A stretch of 62,712 bases of DNA, the filler included. It is 7 parts of 7 records of this genome, joined end to end, with 100 filler letters (N's around TTAATTAATTAA, not from the genome) between each part and the next. Parts side by side here need not be neighbours in the genome. Positions count along the whole stretch, not along the records: positions 41,535 to 51,615 come from SRR31156797_47529; positions 51,716 to 57,196 come from SRR31156797_47532; positions 57,297 to 62,712 come from SRR31156797_47541; 4 more parts are not named here. One strand, 5' to 3'. A model generated the notes under the pieces. That model saw only the letters and a program-made list of their open reading frames with translations, did no database searches and was not told where the DNA came from. Shown here in pieces: positions 50,528 to 60,105 of this stretch. The translations under genes and the position numbers were made by a program. Every line of letters starts with the position of its first letter. The first letter of the stretch is position 1.

Positions 50528-51274
50528 TCATTCCTCCCCCGCCAAAAGATCCCCGACCCCGTCGATCTGGGAAATGATCCGTTTCGGTTCCCCGCTGTAA
50601 TAGATATCCCCCGCTCCCAGCAATGTCGCGTCGAGCTTTTTTGATGCGAAAACATGGGCGTCGCTTGAGCCGTCTGAGCGAATGGAAACGACCTCTGCCT
50701 TGAATCGGGTTGCATGGAGATCTCCGGCCCCGGAGAAATCAACATTAAAAAGGCGGGTCCTTCCGGTGATACGGAGATCGTTGGATCCCGCCATTTTCAG
50801 AGTAAAACGAGCGTTATCCATGGATTCAACGACGATATCGTTGGCGCCCCGGCAATTGAGTGTGTCAAGGTTGTTCAACTGAATGGTGAGGGTCAATCGG
50901 GATGTCGGACAAATGGATTCCGTGGCCGATATGAACAAACAGCCGTCTGAAACCATGGTCGAAATTTTGGAAACAAGGTTCTCTTCGCAAAGGAGCTTAA
51001 CGGATTGCTCCGGCTGGAATCCGATGTGAAGGTCAAACGCCCCATTGAGATCGATCTTGTCGAAACCGGGGAGATCTCTTTGTGTTTTTGCTGGAATGCC
51101 GTCCCCTACAATGCAAACAGTGTTCTTGTTTGGAGGCGGGTGGCCTGTATCTCGTGTTATTTCAATGGGGTCGTCGTTCATGTTGATGGACATGGCATAA
51201 GCATTGCAATAGAAGGAATAGATAGCCCCAAGAAGTATTAGTAAGATCCCCGACAACCGATTTATCTGTCTCAT
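50528..51274 (-). CDS. DUF2807 / head GIN domain beta-solenoid protein
   Basis: FDKIDLNG; repeated (S/A)G(A/S)(G/N)D(L/I) units; GAGDIYYSGEP. Confidence 0.85.
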   Translation of the reverse strand: MRQINRLSGILLILLGAIYSFYCNAYAMSINMNDDPIEITRDTGHPPPNKNTVCIVGDGIPAKTQRDLPGFDKIDLNGAFDLHIGFQPEQSVKLLCEENLVSKISTMVSDGCLFISATESICPTSRLTLTIQLNNLDTLNCRGANDIVVESMDNARFTLKMAGSNDLRITGRTRLFNVDFSGAGDLHATRFKAEVVSIRSDGSSDAHVFASKKLDATLLGAGDIYYSGEPKRIISQIDGVGDLLAGEE

Positions 51275-51303
51275 GTCGCCTCTTTTCCTTGCTTATTTTT
51301 GTT

Positions 51304-51344
51304 TTAAATCGCAGCGATTTTTATTTGCATTCCTTGCGATTTAA
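51304..51344. promoter_or_regulatory. Inverted repeat in the divergent intergenic region
   Basis: TTAAATCGCA-N21-TGCGATTTAA plus a nested AAATCGC-A-GCGATTT palindrome. Confidence 0.5.
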
Positions 51345-51413
51345 TAGTAGGTAGCACATAGCACAAAATTGGATCAGGAAAAAGTACTAATTAAAAAATG
51401 GGAGGAAAAAGCA

Positions 51414-51615
51414 GTGAAAAAAGTCTTACTGTTAACCGTTATTGGTAGTTTTATTCTGACAAGCTCCGCATTCGCGGATTCATCCGTGAAAGGTGCTGTC
51501 ATTAACAAGTCCAATGTAAAGAATGCCGCCAACATCGCCATTGGTAAAGGCAACAAAGCCAGCATGGGGTCGGTAAAAATTAAAGATTCATCGGTCAAGG
51601 GCGCGGTCATCAACA
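51414..51615 (+). CDS. Secreted 36-aa-repeat protein (Asn/Gly/Ser/Lys-rich), 3' truncated
   Basis: GGAGG RBS, GTG start, signal peptide ending AFA; DSSVKGAVIN recurs at a 108-bp period (51477, 51585). Confidence 0.8.
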
Positions 51616-51715
51616 NNNNNNNNNNNNNNNNNNNNNNNNNNNNNNNNNNNNNNNNNNNNTTAATTAATTAANNNNNNNNNNNNNNNNNNNNNNNNNNNNN
51701 NNNNNNNNNNNNNNN
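51616..51715. other. Artificial contig spacer
   Basis: N44-TTAATTAATTAA-N44. Confidence 0.98.
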
Positions 51716-51771
51716 CCATTTTGTGTGCGGTTTCATTGCCCCCCCCCCGATTAAGGGATTGGGGGATCGGC

Positions 51772-53031
51772 CTATACCCATCCTCGAGTTTTCATGGATT
51801 CCACAACCCGCGCCACCGCCACGGTGTAGGCGGCTTTGCGCATGTTGATCTTGAATTCTTCGGATTTGTCGAGCACTTCATGATAGGCCCTGGTCATCCG
51901 TCCGTCGAGTTTTTCATGCACTTCCGCTTCTTCCCAATAATACATGGCCATGTTCTGGACCATTTCAAAATAGGAGACCGTCACGCCGCCTGCATTGCAC
52001 AAAAAATCGGGAATCACGTGGACTCCCTTTTTGTAGAGGATTTCGTCCGCATCCGGCGTGGTAGGTCCATTGGCCAGTTCCACGATAATTTTCGCTTTCA
52101 CCCTGTCGGCGTTATCCTTGGTGAGAACGCCCTCCAGGGCCGCCAGCACCAGAACGTCCACATCCATTTCCAGGATTTCATCATTGCTCATGCATTCGCC
52201 GCCGCTGCAATTTACCACCGAGGAACTGTTCTGCTTGTGTTTATCCAGAGTATCCACGCAGATTCCATCCCGGCACACCACACCGCCCTTTGAATCGGAA
52301 ACCGCCACGATTCTACATCCGAACAATGATTCGGCAAGGGATGCGGCATAACTGCCGGCATTTCCGTATCCCTGAACGGCCACGGTGGCCCGGCTCAGGT
52401 CGATTCCCATTTTTTCTCCGGCTTCCCGAAGGGTGTACATGCCGCCCCTTGCGGTGGCGTCACCGCGGCCCGGGGATCCGCCCAGGGTCAAAGGCTTTCC
52501 CGTCATGACGCCGAACTGGTTTTTTCCTGCGATGGAAGAGTATTCATCCACCATCCAGGCCATGATTTGGGGATTGGTGTAGACATCGGGGGCCGGAATG
52601 TCCTTGTCCGGACCGATAAAGGGTTTGATGGCTTTGATATACCCGCGGCTGATACGCTCCAGCTCCTTTTGAGACATCTCCTTGGGGTTGCAGATCACGC
52701 CCCCTTTGCCGCCCCCCAGGGGCAGGTCCAGAAGGGCGCATTTCCAGGTCATCCAGGCGGCAAGGGCTCTCACGGTATCGATGGTTTCATCGGGATGAAA
52801 ACGGATGCCCCCCTTGGTGGGGCCTTTTGCGTCGTTGTACTGAACCCTGAATCCCTGGAACATCCGGGTGACACCGTCGTCCATGTGTACGGGAAAATTG
52901 ACGTGCAATTCCCGCATGGGGTGCAAGAGCGCTTCCCGGGTGCTGGGATTCAGCTCCAGGATATCAGCACAGGCATTGATTTGCTGTTGTGCGATTTTGA
53001 ACGGATTGTTGTGACCGTTGTCGGTTGACAT
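51772..53031 (-). CDS. gdhA: Glutamate dehydrogenase (Glu/Leu/Phe/Val family)
   Basis: GPTKGGIRF, MTWKCA, GGGKGG, DIPAPDV, VQGYGNAG, ELANGP, NAGGVTVSYFE. Confidence 0.93.
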   Translation of the reverse strand: MSTDNGHNNPFKIAQQQINACADILELNPSTREALLHPMRELHVNFPVHMDDGVTRMFQGFRVQYNDAKGPTKGGIRFHPDETIDTVRALAAWMTWKCALLDLPLGGGKGGVICNPKEMSQKELERISRGYIKAIKPFIGPDKDIPAPDVYTNPQIMAWMVDEYSSIAGKNQFGVMTGKPLTLGGSPGRGDATARGGMYTLREAGEKMGIDLSRATVAVQGYGNAGSYAASLAESLFGCRIVAVSDSKGGVVCRDGICVDTLDKHKQNSSSVVNCSGGECMSNDEILEMDVDVLVLAALEGVLTKDNADRVKAKIIVELANGPTTPDADEILYKKGVHVIPDFLCNAGGVTVSYFEMVQNMAMYYWEEAEVHEKLDGRMTRAYHEVLDKSEEFKINMRKAAYTVAVARVVESMKTRGWV

Positions 53032-53207
53032 ATCTTTTTTTCCTCCTCAACATTAAAGACCGATATGGGAAATTTGACACCATGGCCCCTGAACCCCAAA
53101 AATTTCCAGGATCCTGATTTATATTCCAGAGATAATGGATTCTTGTGCCCTTTGCGGCAGCCGGTATTCTAGCCGGGGATCAGGGGGGAGATGTTTGGGA
53201 CTCATCC

Positions 53208-53223
53208 AGCAATTTTTGTACCA
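53208..53223 (-). promoter_or_regulatory. Sigma54 (-24/-12) promoter of gdh
   Basis: Minus-strand TGGTACAAAAATTGCT (GG-N10-GC). Confidence 0.75.
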
Positions 53224-53400
53224 CAACATGAAAGGCCGCTTTCGGCCCGGCTCAGCCGAGGGCATGGGGACCCCGGCAAAGGCCCACATGTGAAAAAAAT
53301 AGAATAAAAACAAGGATAATGGAGGGTAATGCCTCAAGGAATCCGTGGCCCCCGTGTGCCGGGGCCCGGTTTGGGAGGAAGGATCGGCTTTCGAAGCAGA

Positions 53401-53437
53401 TGCTCAATGTTTGAACAGGCGTGGTTGAAATACAGCA
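53401..53437. promoter_or_regulatory. Candidate bEBP upstream activator sites
   Basis: TGCTCA-N5-TGAACA palindrome followed by GTTG-N5-CAGC, about 180 bp upstream of the sigma54 site. Confidence 0.5.
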
Positions 53438-53457
53438 GATTGCGACCGGGACCGGAT

Positions 53458-54900
53458 CTATTTTGGGGGCTGAGTGATGTTGAATTTTTTGATGCGGTGC
53501 CGCAGGGTATTGCGGCTGATACCCAGTATTTTTGCGGCCTTCACCTGGTTGTAGCGGCACTGTTTCAGACTTTTCAAAACAATACCCTGCTCCACCATTT
53601 CAATCATGTTGGCATGCACATTGTTATCGGAGAGCCTGAGCAGGTCCATGAACAGCGCATCCAGGGTTTTGTTGATCCTGTCGCGAAGCTGATCCGGCGT
53701 TTCAGGGGAAGCGGCGGATGGGGGGTCCGCCTCAAACTGAAAATGTTCCTGCAGGATCACGTCCCCCATGGAGAGCACCACGGCCCGCCGCACACAGTTC
53801 TCCAGTTCCCGGACGTTTCCCGCCCAGGAACAGGTTTTAAGCCGTTCAATGGCATTATCGTCCACATAACGGATGGGCGTATGATACTCCTCGCTGAAAC
53901 GGTTCACGAAATGGGTGACCAGATCGGGAATATCTTCCACCCGTTCCCGCAGGGAGGGGAGTTGGATGGAAATAATTTTCAGCCGCCAGTAGAGGTCTTC
54001 CCTGAACTTTCCCGCCTCGACTTCCTGTTGAAGATTCTTGTTGGTGGCCGCCAGGATTCGAACATCGGTCTTGATGGTCTGATTTCCTCCCAGCCTCTCA
54101 AATTCCCCGCTCTGGAGTATCCGCAATACCTTGGCCTGGGAGGAGAGGGGCATCTCGCCGATTTCGTCGAGGAAAACCGTACCGCCGTCGCACCTCTCGA
54201 ATTTTCCGATATGGATACGTTCAGCGCCGGTGAAAGCTCCCCGCTCATGACCGAACAGTTCGCTTTCAAAGAGGGTATCGGGAATGGCCGCGCAGTTGAT
54301 GGCCAGAAACGGGTTTTTCTTTCGGTGGCTGTGATGATAGATGGCCCTTGCCACCAGTTCCTTTCCGGTGCCTGATTCCCCGGTAATGAGGATGGTGACG
54401 TTTTTGTCGGCAACTTGCCCGATGAGTTTATAGACCTCCTGCATGCGCCGGTGATTCCCGATGATTTTGGCGACGCCCTTTGACTCCCGGGGGATGGACC
54501 TGCCAGGGCCGGGAAAACTGACCACCTCCTTCATCATGTGATTCACGGCCAGGGCATCGGTGACCAGGCGGTGGAGCTCTTCCCGTTCAAAGGGTTTACG
54601 CAGGTAATCGTAAGCCCCGATCTTCATGGCCTCGATGGCGGTATCCGTGGTGCCGTAGGCCGTCATGACGATCACGGGGGTTTTGACCTGGGACCGCCGG
54701 ATCTCCCGTAATGTGTCCAAACCGTTCATGCCGGTCATTTTGTAGTCCAGAAGAATCAAATCAAAGATCTCCCGGCCCACCAGGCCCAGGGCAGCCTCGC
54801 CGTTGCCGCAGGAACGGACATCATAGCCCTGCTTCACAAAATAACGGCAAAGAAAGTGAACCAACCCCTCGTCATCGTCAACAATCAGGATTTTCTCCAT
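53458..54900 (-). CDS. Sigma54-dependent NtrC/AtoC-family response regulator
   Basis: REC domain (LIVDDD, LLDYKM), GESGTGKE, GAFTGA, FLDEIGE, Fis-type HTH. Confidence 0.95.
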   Translation of the reverse strand: MEKILIVDDDEGLVHFLCRYFVKQGYDVRSCGNGEAALGLVGREIFDLILLDYKMTGMNGLDTLREIRRSQVKTPVIVMTAYGTTDTAIEAMKIGAYDYLRKPFEREELHRLVTDALAVNHMMKEVVSFPGPGRSIPRESKGVAKIIGNHRRMQEVYKLIGQVADKNVTILITGESGTGKELVARAIYHHSHRKKNPFLAINCAAIPDTLFESELFGHERGAFTGAERIHIGKFERCDGGTVFLDEIGEMPLSSQAKVLRILQSGEFERLGGNQTIKTDVRILAATNKNLQQEVEAGKFREDLYWRLKIISIQLPSLRERVEDIPDLVTHFVNRFSEEYHTPIRYVDDNAIERLKTCSWAGNVRELENCVRRAVVLSMGDVILQEHFQFEADPPSAASPETPDQLRDRINKTLDALFMDLLRLSDNNVHANMIEMVEQGIVLKSLKQCRYNQVKAAKILGISRNTLRHRIKKFNITQPPK

Positions 54901-54904
54901 GCGT

Positions 54905-56749
54905 CTAATCCTTCCTCTCCTTTGAAACCGGAATAAGAACACTGAAAACAGACCCTGCATTGGTATTGCTTTTCACCCTTATCTCGCCGCCGTGTCGTTT
55001 TATGCTGCTGTGGGCAATGGACAATCCCAGACCGGTTCCGGTGGCCTTGGTGGTGAAGAAGGGATCAAAGAGTTTTGAGATGTCGAGGGTGTGGATTCCC
55101 GGCCCCGTGTCCTTGACATCAACGCGAACAAACCGCCTGACGCCGGTTTCACCCGATTCTTCCTCCACCGTGACGCCAAGGGTGATTTTGCCCCGGGCCG
55201 TGATGGCTTCCAGGGCGTTGACCATGAGATTGACCAAAACCTCTCCCAGCTGGATTTTGTCGCCCATGATTTTCGGATAAATGTGCCCCATGTCAAGTAC
55301 GATAACGGTTTCCTGTTGTCTGGCCCTGGGTCCCACCACCAGCAGGGCCTCTTCAATCAACTCTTTGACATCGATCAGGGTAAAGACCGGGTCCAAAGGT
55401 CTTGCAAATTCCAGAAAACGGTTGATGGTGGTCTCCATGCGCTGAATCTGTTTCATTGCCACGGAAAAATCCTCTTCATACTCCAAAGAGATTTCAATTT
55501 CATTCTCCACGGACTCCAGAAAGAGCTTCAAGGAGGTCAGCGGCGTCCGGATTTCGTGTGCCACTCCGGCGGCCAATCGGCCCAGGGATGCCAGTTGTTG
55601 CGAGCGGATGACGGCCTGTCGGGTTTCCCGGAGTTTTCCGTCTGTTTCCTTGAGTTCCGCTTCCCTGAGCCCCACGGTCTCTTCGAGACTGTGTTGCCGG
55701 TTCCGCAATTGTTGGGCCATATGGGAAAAAGCGTGGTACAAAAGGCCGATTTCATCTCCCCTATCCGATTTCAGATCAACCCTTTCAAACTCTCCCCTGG
55801 CCAGGTGGTTGGCGGCTCGGGCCAGATCCTGAATGGGGCCTGCCACATACCGTGAAAGCAGAATGGCCGATAACAGGGCCCCGCAGGTGGACAGGGCAAT
55901 CATCAAATAGGCGTAGCGTCTCAAAAGATCGGCACTTTGAAACGCCTCGTCCCGGTCCTGCTCCACCACCAGGGCCCAGTCCGTCCCGTTCACCCGGGCC
56001 GATGCTCCGATTACATGGATGCCGCGGTAATCCACATAGGTCATTTTCTTTTTTTCAGCATTTAATATGTTTTTAAAGCTCTCGGACTGGGCGATGTTTT
56101 CCGTAAGTATGCGCCCGGGTTCCCGGTGCGCCAGGAACATGCCGTCCCGGTTCACCAGATAGCATTCACCGGTATCCCCCAGGGCCACCTGAAGAATTTC
56201 CGAGAGGATGGCGTTGGTGCCCACGGTGGCGCTGACCACGCCGTCGATTTTGCCGGAACCGTCCATCAGGGGCGCTGAAATCCTGAAAAATGAGACCTTC
56301 TGCACGGGATTGAAACAGATATCCGACAGGTACAATGCGCCGGCGGCTGCGGTTTTAAGCCATGTTCCAATTTCCGGGGTGAATTCTTTGTCAAAACTGT
56401 CATAAACCACGGTCCCTCCCGGGGTCACCACTGAAAATTCATCATAGACATGGTAATAATGGGTCACCAGTTCCAGATAGGCCCCGATCTTTTGGGGATC
56501 CATGGATTTAAGAATGGATGTGCCCGCTATGACCCTTATATCCGCTTTTCGTTCGGAAATCCACCGTTCCAAGAGCGCCGCTTTGTCCGCCACCACCTGT
56601 TGGATCTGATTTGCGGCCATGTCCAAAATAAGTTCTTCCGCCGTTCTGATGGAAAAGGCTCCAACGGCCCACAGGGGCACCAGGGCCACCAGGAAGAAAA
56701 AAAACATGAGTTTTACCTGCATGTTATTGAAAACTTTTTTGTTTATCAC
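54905..56749 (-). CDS. Cache-HAMP sensor histidine kinase
   Basis: Two TMs, HAMP, AHEIRTPL, NALEA, DTGPG, PFFTTK, GTGLGL. Confidence 0.95.
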   Translation of the reverse strand: MINKKVFNNMQVKLMFFFFLVALVPLWAVGAFSIRTAEELILDMAANQIQQVVADKAALLERWISERKADIRVIAGTSILKSMDPQKIGAYLELVTHYYHVYDEFSVVTPGGTVVYDSFDKEFTPEIGTWLKTAAAGALYLSDICFNPVQKVSFFRISAPLMDGSGKIDGVVSATVGTNAILSEILQVALGDTGECYLVNRDGMFLAHREPGRILTENIAQSESFKNILNAEKKKMTYVDYRGIHVIGASARVNGTDWALVVEQDRDEAFQSADLLRRYAYLMIALSTCGALLSAILLSRYVAGPIQDLARAANHLARGEFERVDLKSDRGDEIGLLYHAFSHMAQQLRNRQHSLEETVGLREAELKETDGKLRETRQAVIRSQQLASLGRLAAGVAHEIRTPLTSLKLFLESVENEIEISLEYEEDFSVAMKQIQRMETTINRFLEFARPLDPVFTLIDVKELIEEALLVVGPRARQQETVIVLDMGHIYPKIMGDKIQLGEVLVNLMVNALEAITARGKITLGVTVEEESGETGVRRFVRVDVKDTGPGIHTLDISKLFDPFFTTKATGTGLGLSIAHSSIKRHGGEIRVKSNTNAGSVFSVLIPVSKERKD

Positions 56750-57127
56750 GGGTTACGCCATAATTGAAAGATCCGGCAATACCATTCTTGAGTGTTTCAA
56801 GAAGCTTGCCAACGGGGAAACCTCGGACACCAAACTCCCGCACATATGTTATCAGACATTCAGAATAGACAGCCAAGACGTCAGTGAAGTGCCCCAGGCG
56901 CATTAAATAATGATACCCTTTTCTGATAATGAAGGCTCGTATTTTATTTAAGGCAGGACATAGGCCTTTCCAGGAGAACTTTATGAACGGAAGCATAACA
57001 AAGGGCTTTTTCCCATGAAAAGCCCCTGGAAGTGGTGTCGGTTGTCCGGTCTCGAGCAGCCGCCTTTATGATTCCTTGTTTAACCGCGGCGCCGTCTTCC
57101 GCCCGAAAAGAAGTTTCCATGCGAACT

Positions 57128-57196
57128 ACTCCGCTTTGAAGGTGACGCTGGCCCCTTCTTTAATGGTAACGCCGTTGCCGAGGGTCAGCGTTCCAT
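57128..57196 (-). CDS. C-terminal fragment of a probably secreted protein (GTLTLGNGVTIKKGASVTFKAE*)
   Basis: Open frame from the contig edge to TAG; beta-rich C-terminal module. Confidence 0.45.
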
Positions 57197-57296
57197 NNNN
57201 NNNNNNNNNNNNNNNNNNNNNNNNNNNNNNNNNNNNNNNNTTAATTAATTAANNNNNNNNNNNNNNNNNNNNNNNNNNNNNNNNNNNNNNNNNNNN
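57197..57296. other. Artificial contig spacer
   Basis: N44-TTAATTAATTAA-N44. Confidence 0.98.
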
Positions 57297-57746
57297 TGAG
57301 GGTGCCAAAATCTCTCAGTCCTCCGAATCTATCTTAGTACAAAAATCCATGTTCTTGGCAGATTTGCAAGAAAAATTTCAAACGGGAAGGGCGGCGCGGT
57401 CGAAAGACCCGCCGCCGGTCCCGGTGCGGCCTTTGGCGAACGCCCCTTCGGTCGACGGGCAGACGAGAAAATCCGGATATTTGCCCTTTGCTGTCCGTTG
57501 AAACCGCCGTTTGCGTCTAAATGGGATGAAAAGCGGCAAAATGCGGAAGTATGGAATAGGGGCGGCAATTCGCGAATGCCGCGTTTATTTACCCGTCACG
57601 GGCCTAGGCCTTTGTTAGGAAATAACATTTCACCGTATCCAGTAGCCGAATATTCGATATAATAAGCCGTTTTCTCCATAACAGTTTTATCCATGTTAGA
57701 GGGTATAATAATGCTAAATAAAACGTCGAAAAGGGGAGGTAACGCG

Positions 57747-59411
57747 ATGGTCGCCAAATCCGTAATCGGCCTGGATTTTGGCAGCGATTCGGTCCGTTCC
57801 CTGTTGGTTGATGCCGATACCGGCGAAGAGATCGCGTCCTGCGTTTCCGAATACCGCCAATGGGGCGAGGGCCGGTTCTGCCGGCCGGAACGGCACCAAT
57901 ACCGCCAGCACCCGCAGGACATTCTGGATTCCCTGACCGAATGCATCAACGGCCTGCAACAGGAGGTCGGTGCCGATGATTTGTCGTCGGTTTGCGCCAT
58001 CGGCGTCGATACCACCGGTTCGACCCCGATGGCGGTCGACGGCGACGGTGTCGCGCTGTCCCTGCACGATGCGTTCGCCGAAAATCCGAACGCCATGTTC
58101 GTTTTGTGGAAAGACCACACGGCAATCGCCGAGTCCGAGGAAATCACCGAGGCGGCGCACAACTGGAAGGTCGATTACACCCGTTTCGTCGGCGGCACCT
58201 ATTCGGCCGAATGGTTCTGGGCCAAGCTGCTGCATATTCTCCGCGACGATCCGGCCGTCGCCGCGAAAATCCACAATTTCGTCGAGATGTGCGATTGGGT
58301 GCCGGCGGTTCTGACCGATACGGTCGCACCCGGCCTTATCAAACGGTCGCGGTGTGCCGCCGGGCACAAGGTAATCTGGCACGAATCCTGGGGCGGTTTG
58401 CCGGCCGACGACTTTTTCACGTCGGTCGATCCTCTTCTCGGCGGAATCCGCGACCGCATCGGCCAGGACAGCCATACCAGCGATGTTCCGGCCGGTAATC
58501 TGACCGCCGACTGGGCGGCACGCCTCGGCCTGCCTGTCGGCATTCCGGTTGCCGTCGGGGCTTTCGACTGCCATATGGGCGCCATCGGCGCCGGCGTTGC
58601 CGACGGCATCCTGGTCAAGGTCATCGGCACCTCGACCTGCGACATCATGGTCGCCGAAAAATCGGCCATCGGCGCGCGTGCCATCGCCGGCATCTGCGGT
58701 CAGGTCGACGGCTCGGTCCTTCCCGGCATGATTGGGCTCGAAGCCGGGCAATCGGCCTTCGGCGATTGTTATGCCTGGTATTCCAAGATCCTGGGCTGGC
58801 CGCTGTCGCTTCTGTCCGATCGGGCGGCGGCGCAAAAGGCCGAAGACCAGATTTTGCAGAGCCTGGGCGAAAGCCTGCTCGATTATCCGCTGGCCGTCGG
58901 CAAGCCGATCGCCACCGATTGGATCAACGGCCGGCGCACGCCCAACGCCAACCAGCGACTGACCGGCACACTGGCCCAGTTCAACCTCGGCAGCGACGCG
59001 GTCGACCTATACCACGCCATCGTCGAGGCAACCGCCTTCGGATCGCACGCCATCAACCGCTGTTTCGAGGATCAGGACCTGCCGATCCGCGAGGTCTACG
59101 CCATCGGCGGCATCCCGAAAAAATCGGCCGGCGTCATGCAGATCTGCGCCGACGTTCAGAACAAACCCCTGGGCGTCATCGAATCAGAACAGTGTTGCGC
59201 TCTTGGCGCCGCCATCTGCGCCGCCGTTGCCGCCGGTGTTTATGCCGACGTTCCGGCGGCACAAAAGTCCATGGCCAGTCCGATCGAACACACCTATACG
59301 CCGCGGCCCGACAAGGTCGACCTCTATGCCGCACGCTACGCGCGCTATCTGGAACTGGGTCGCTTTACCGAGGATCGCATTGCCCGGGAGTCCGCCAATG
59401 ATTCTGGCTGA
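57747..59411 (+). CDS. araB: Ribulokinase
   Basis: IGLDFGSDSVR, GVDTTGSTP, LWKDHTA, YSAEWFWAK, DWINGRRTP; GGAGG RBS. Confidence 0.93.
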   Translation: MVAKSVIGLDFGSDSVRSLLVDADTGEEIASCVSEYRQWGEGRFCRPERHQYRQHPQDILDSLTECINGLQQEVGADDLSSVCAIGVDTTGSTPMAVDGDGVALSLHDAFAENPNAMFVLWKDHTAIAESEEITEAAHNWKVDYTRFVGGTYSAEWFWAKLLHILRDDPAVAAKIHNFVEMCDWVPAVLTDTVAPGLIKRSRCAAGHKVIWHESWGGLPADDFFTSVDPLLGGIRDRIGQDSHTSDVPAGNLTADWAARLGLPVGIPVAVGAFDCHMGAIGAGVADGILVKVIGTSTCDIMVAEKSAIGARAIAGICGQVDGSVLPGMIGLEAGQSAFGDCYAWYSKILGWPLSLLSDRAAAQKAEDQILQSLGESLLDYPLAVGKPIATDWINGRRTPNANQRLTGTLAQFNLGSDAVDLYHAIVEATAFGSHAINRCFEDQDLPIREVYAIGGIPKKSAGVMQICADVQNKPLGVIESEQCCALGAAICAAVAAGVYADVPAAQKSMASPIEHTYTPRPDKVDLYAARYARYLELGRFTEDRIARESANDSG

Positions 59412-60105
59412 CCTGCGCGCCGTCGTCTGCGACGCCAATGTCCAACTGGTCGATCACGATCTGGTCGTCTTCACCTGGGGCAATGTCAGCGGCTTCGATG
59501 TCGAAAGCGGCACCGTCGTCATCAAACCCAGCGGCGTCGCTTACGACGATCTTCGCCCCGAAAACATGGTGATCGTCACACTCGACGGCGCCATCGTCGA
59601 AGGCGATCTGCGGCCGTCGTCGGATACCGATACGCATCTGGCGATCTATCGTGCTTTCCCGCAATTGCGCGGCATCGTCCATACGCATTCGACCCACGCC
59701 ACGGCCTGGGCCCAGGCGGGAAGGGACATCCCGCCGCTGGGCACGACGCACGCCGATTATTTCTACGGCCCGATCCCGTGTACCCGCGCGCTGACGGACG
59801 CGGAAATCAACGGCGATTATGAAACCGAAACCGGCAACGTCATCATCGCCAATATCGGCGATGCCGATCCCATGAACGTGCCCGGCATTCTGGTTCGCGA
59901 ACACGGGCCGTTTGCCTGGGGGACCGACCCGCTGAACGCGCTTCACAATGCCGTCGTCATCGAACAGGTGGCGAAGATGGCCAGCCTGACGATGGCGCTT
60001 AATCCGGGGGCCGGGGCGGTCAATCAGACACTTTTGGACAAGCATTTTTTACGCAAACACGGGGCCGACGCCTATTACGGTCAGGACAAGGGAAAAAAAT
60101 CATGA
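59398..60105 (+). CDS. araD: L-ribulose-5-phosphate 4-epimerase
   Basis: TWGNVS, IKPSGV, PSSDT.TH, HTHS, GTTHADYF, KHG..AYYGQ. Confidence 0.93.
   Translation: MILADLRAVVCDANVQLVDHDLVVFTWGNVSGFDVESGTVVIKPSGVAYDDLRPENMVIVTLDGAIVEGDLRPSSDTDTHLAIYRAFPQLRGIVHTHSTHATAWAQAGRDIPPLGTTHADYFYGPIPCTRALTDAEINGDYETETGNVIIANIGDADPMNVPGILVREHGPFAWGTDPLNALHNAVVIEQVAKMASLTMALNPGAGAVNQTLLDKHFLRKHGADAYYGQDKGKKS

Noticed and set aside
53329-54375. 348-aa plus-strand ORF
   Set aside because: Antisense shadow of the sigma54 regulator; no independent motifs.
57714-58835. 373-aa minus-strand ORF and other long ORFs overlapping araBDA
   Set aside because: Antisense or alternate-frame shadows expected in high-GC coding DNA.
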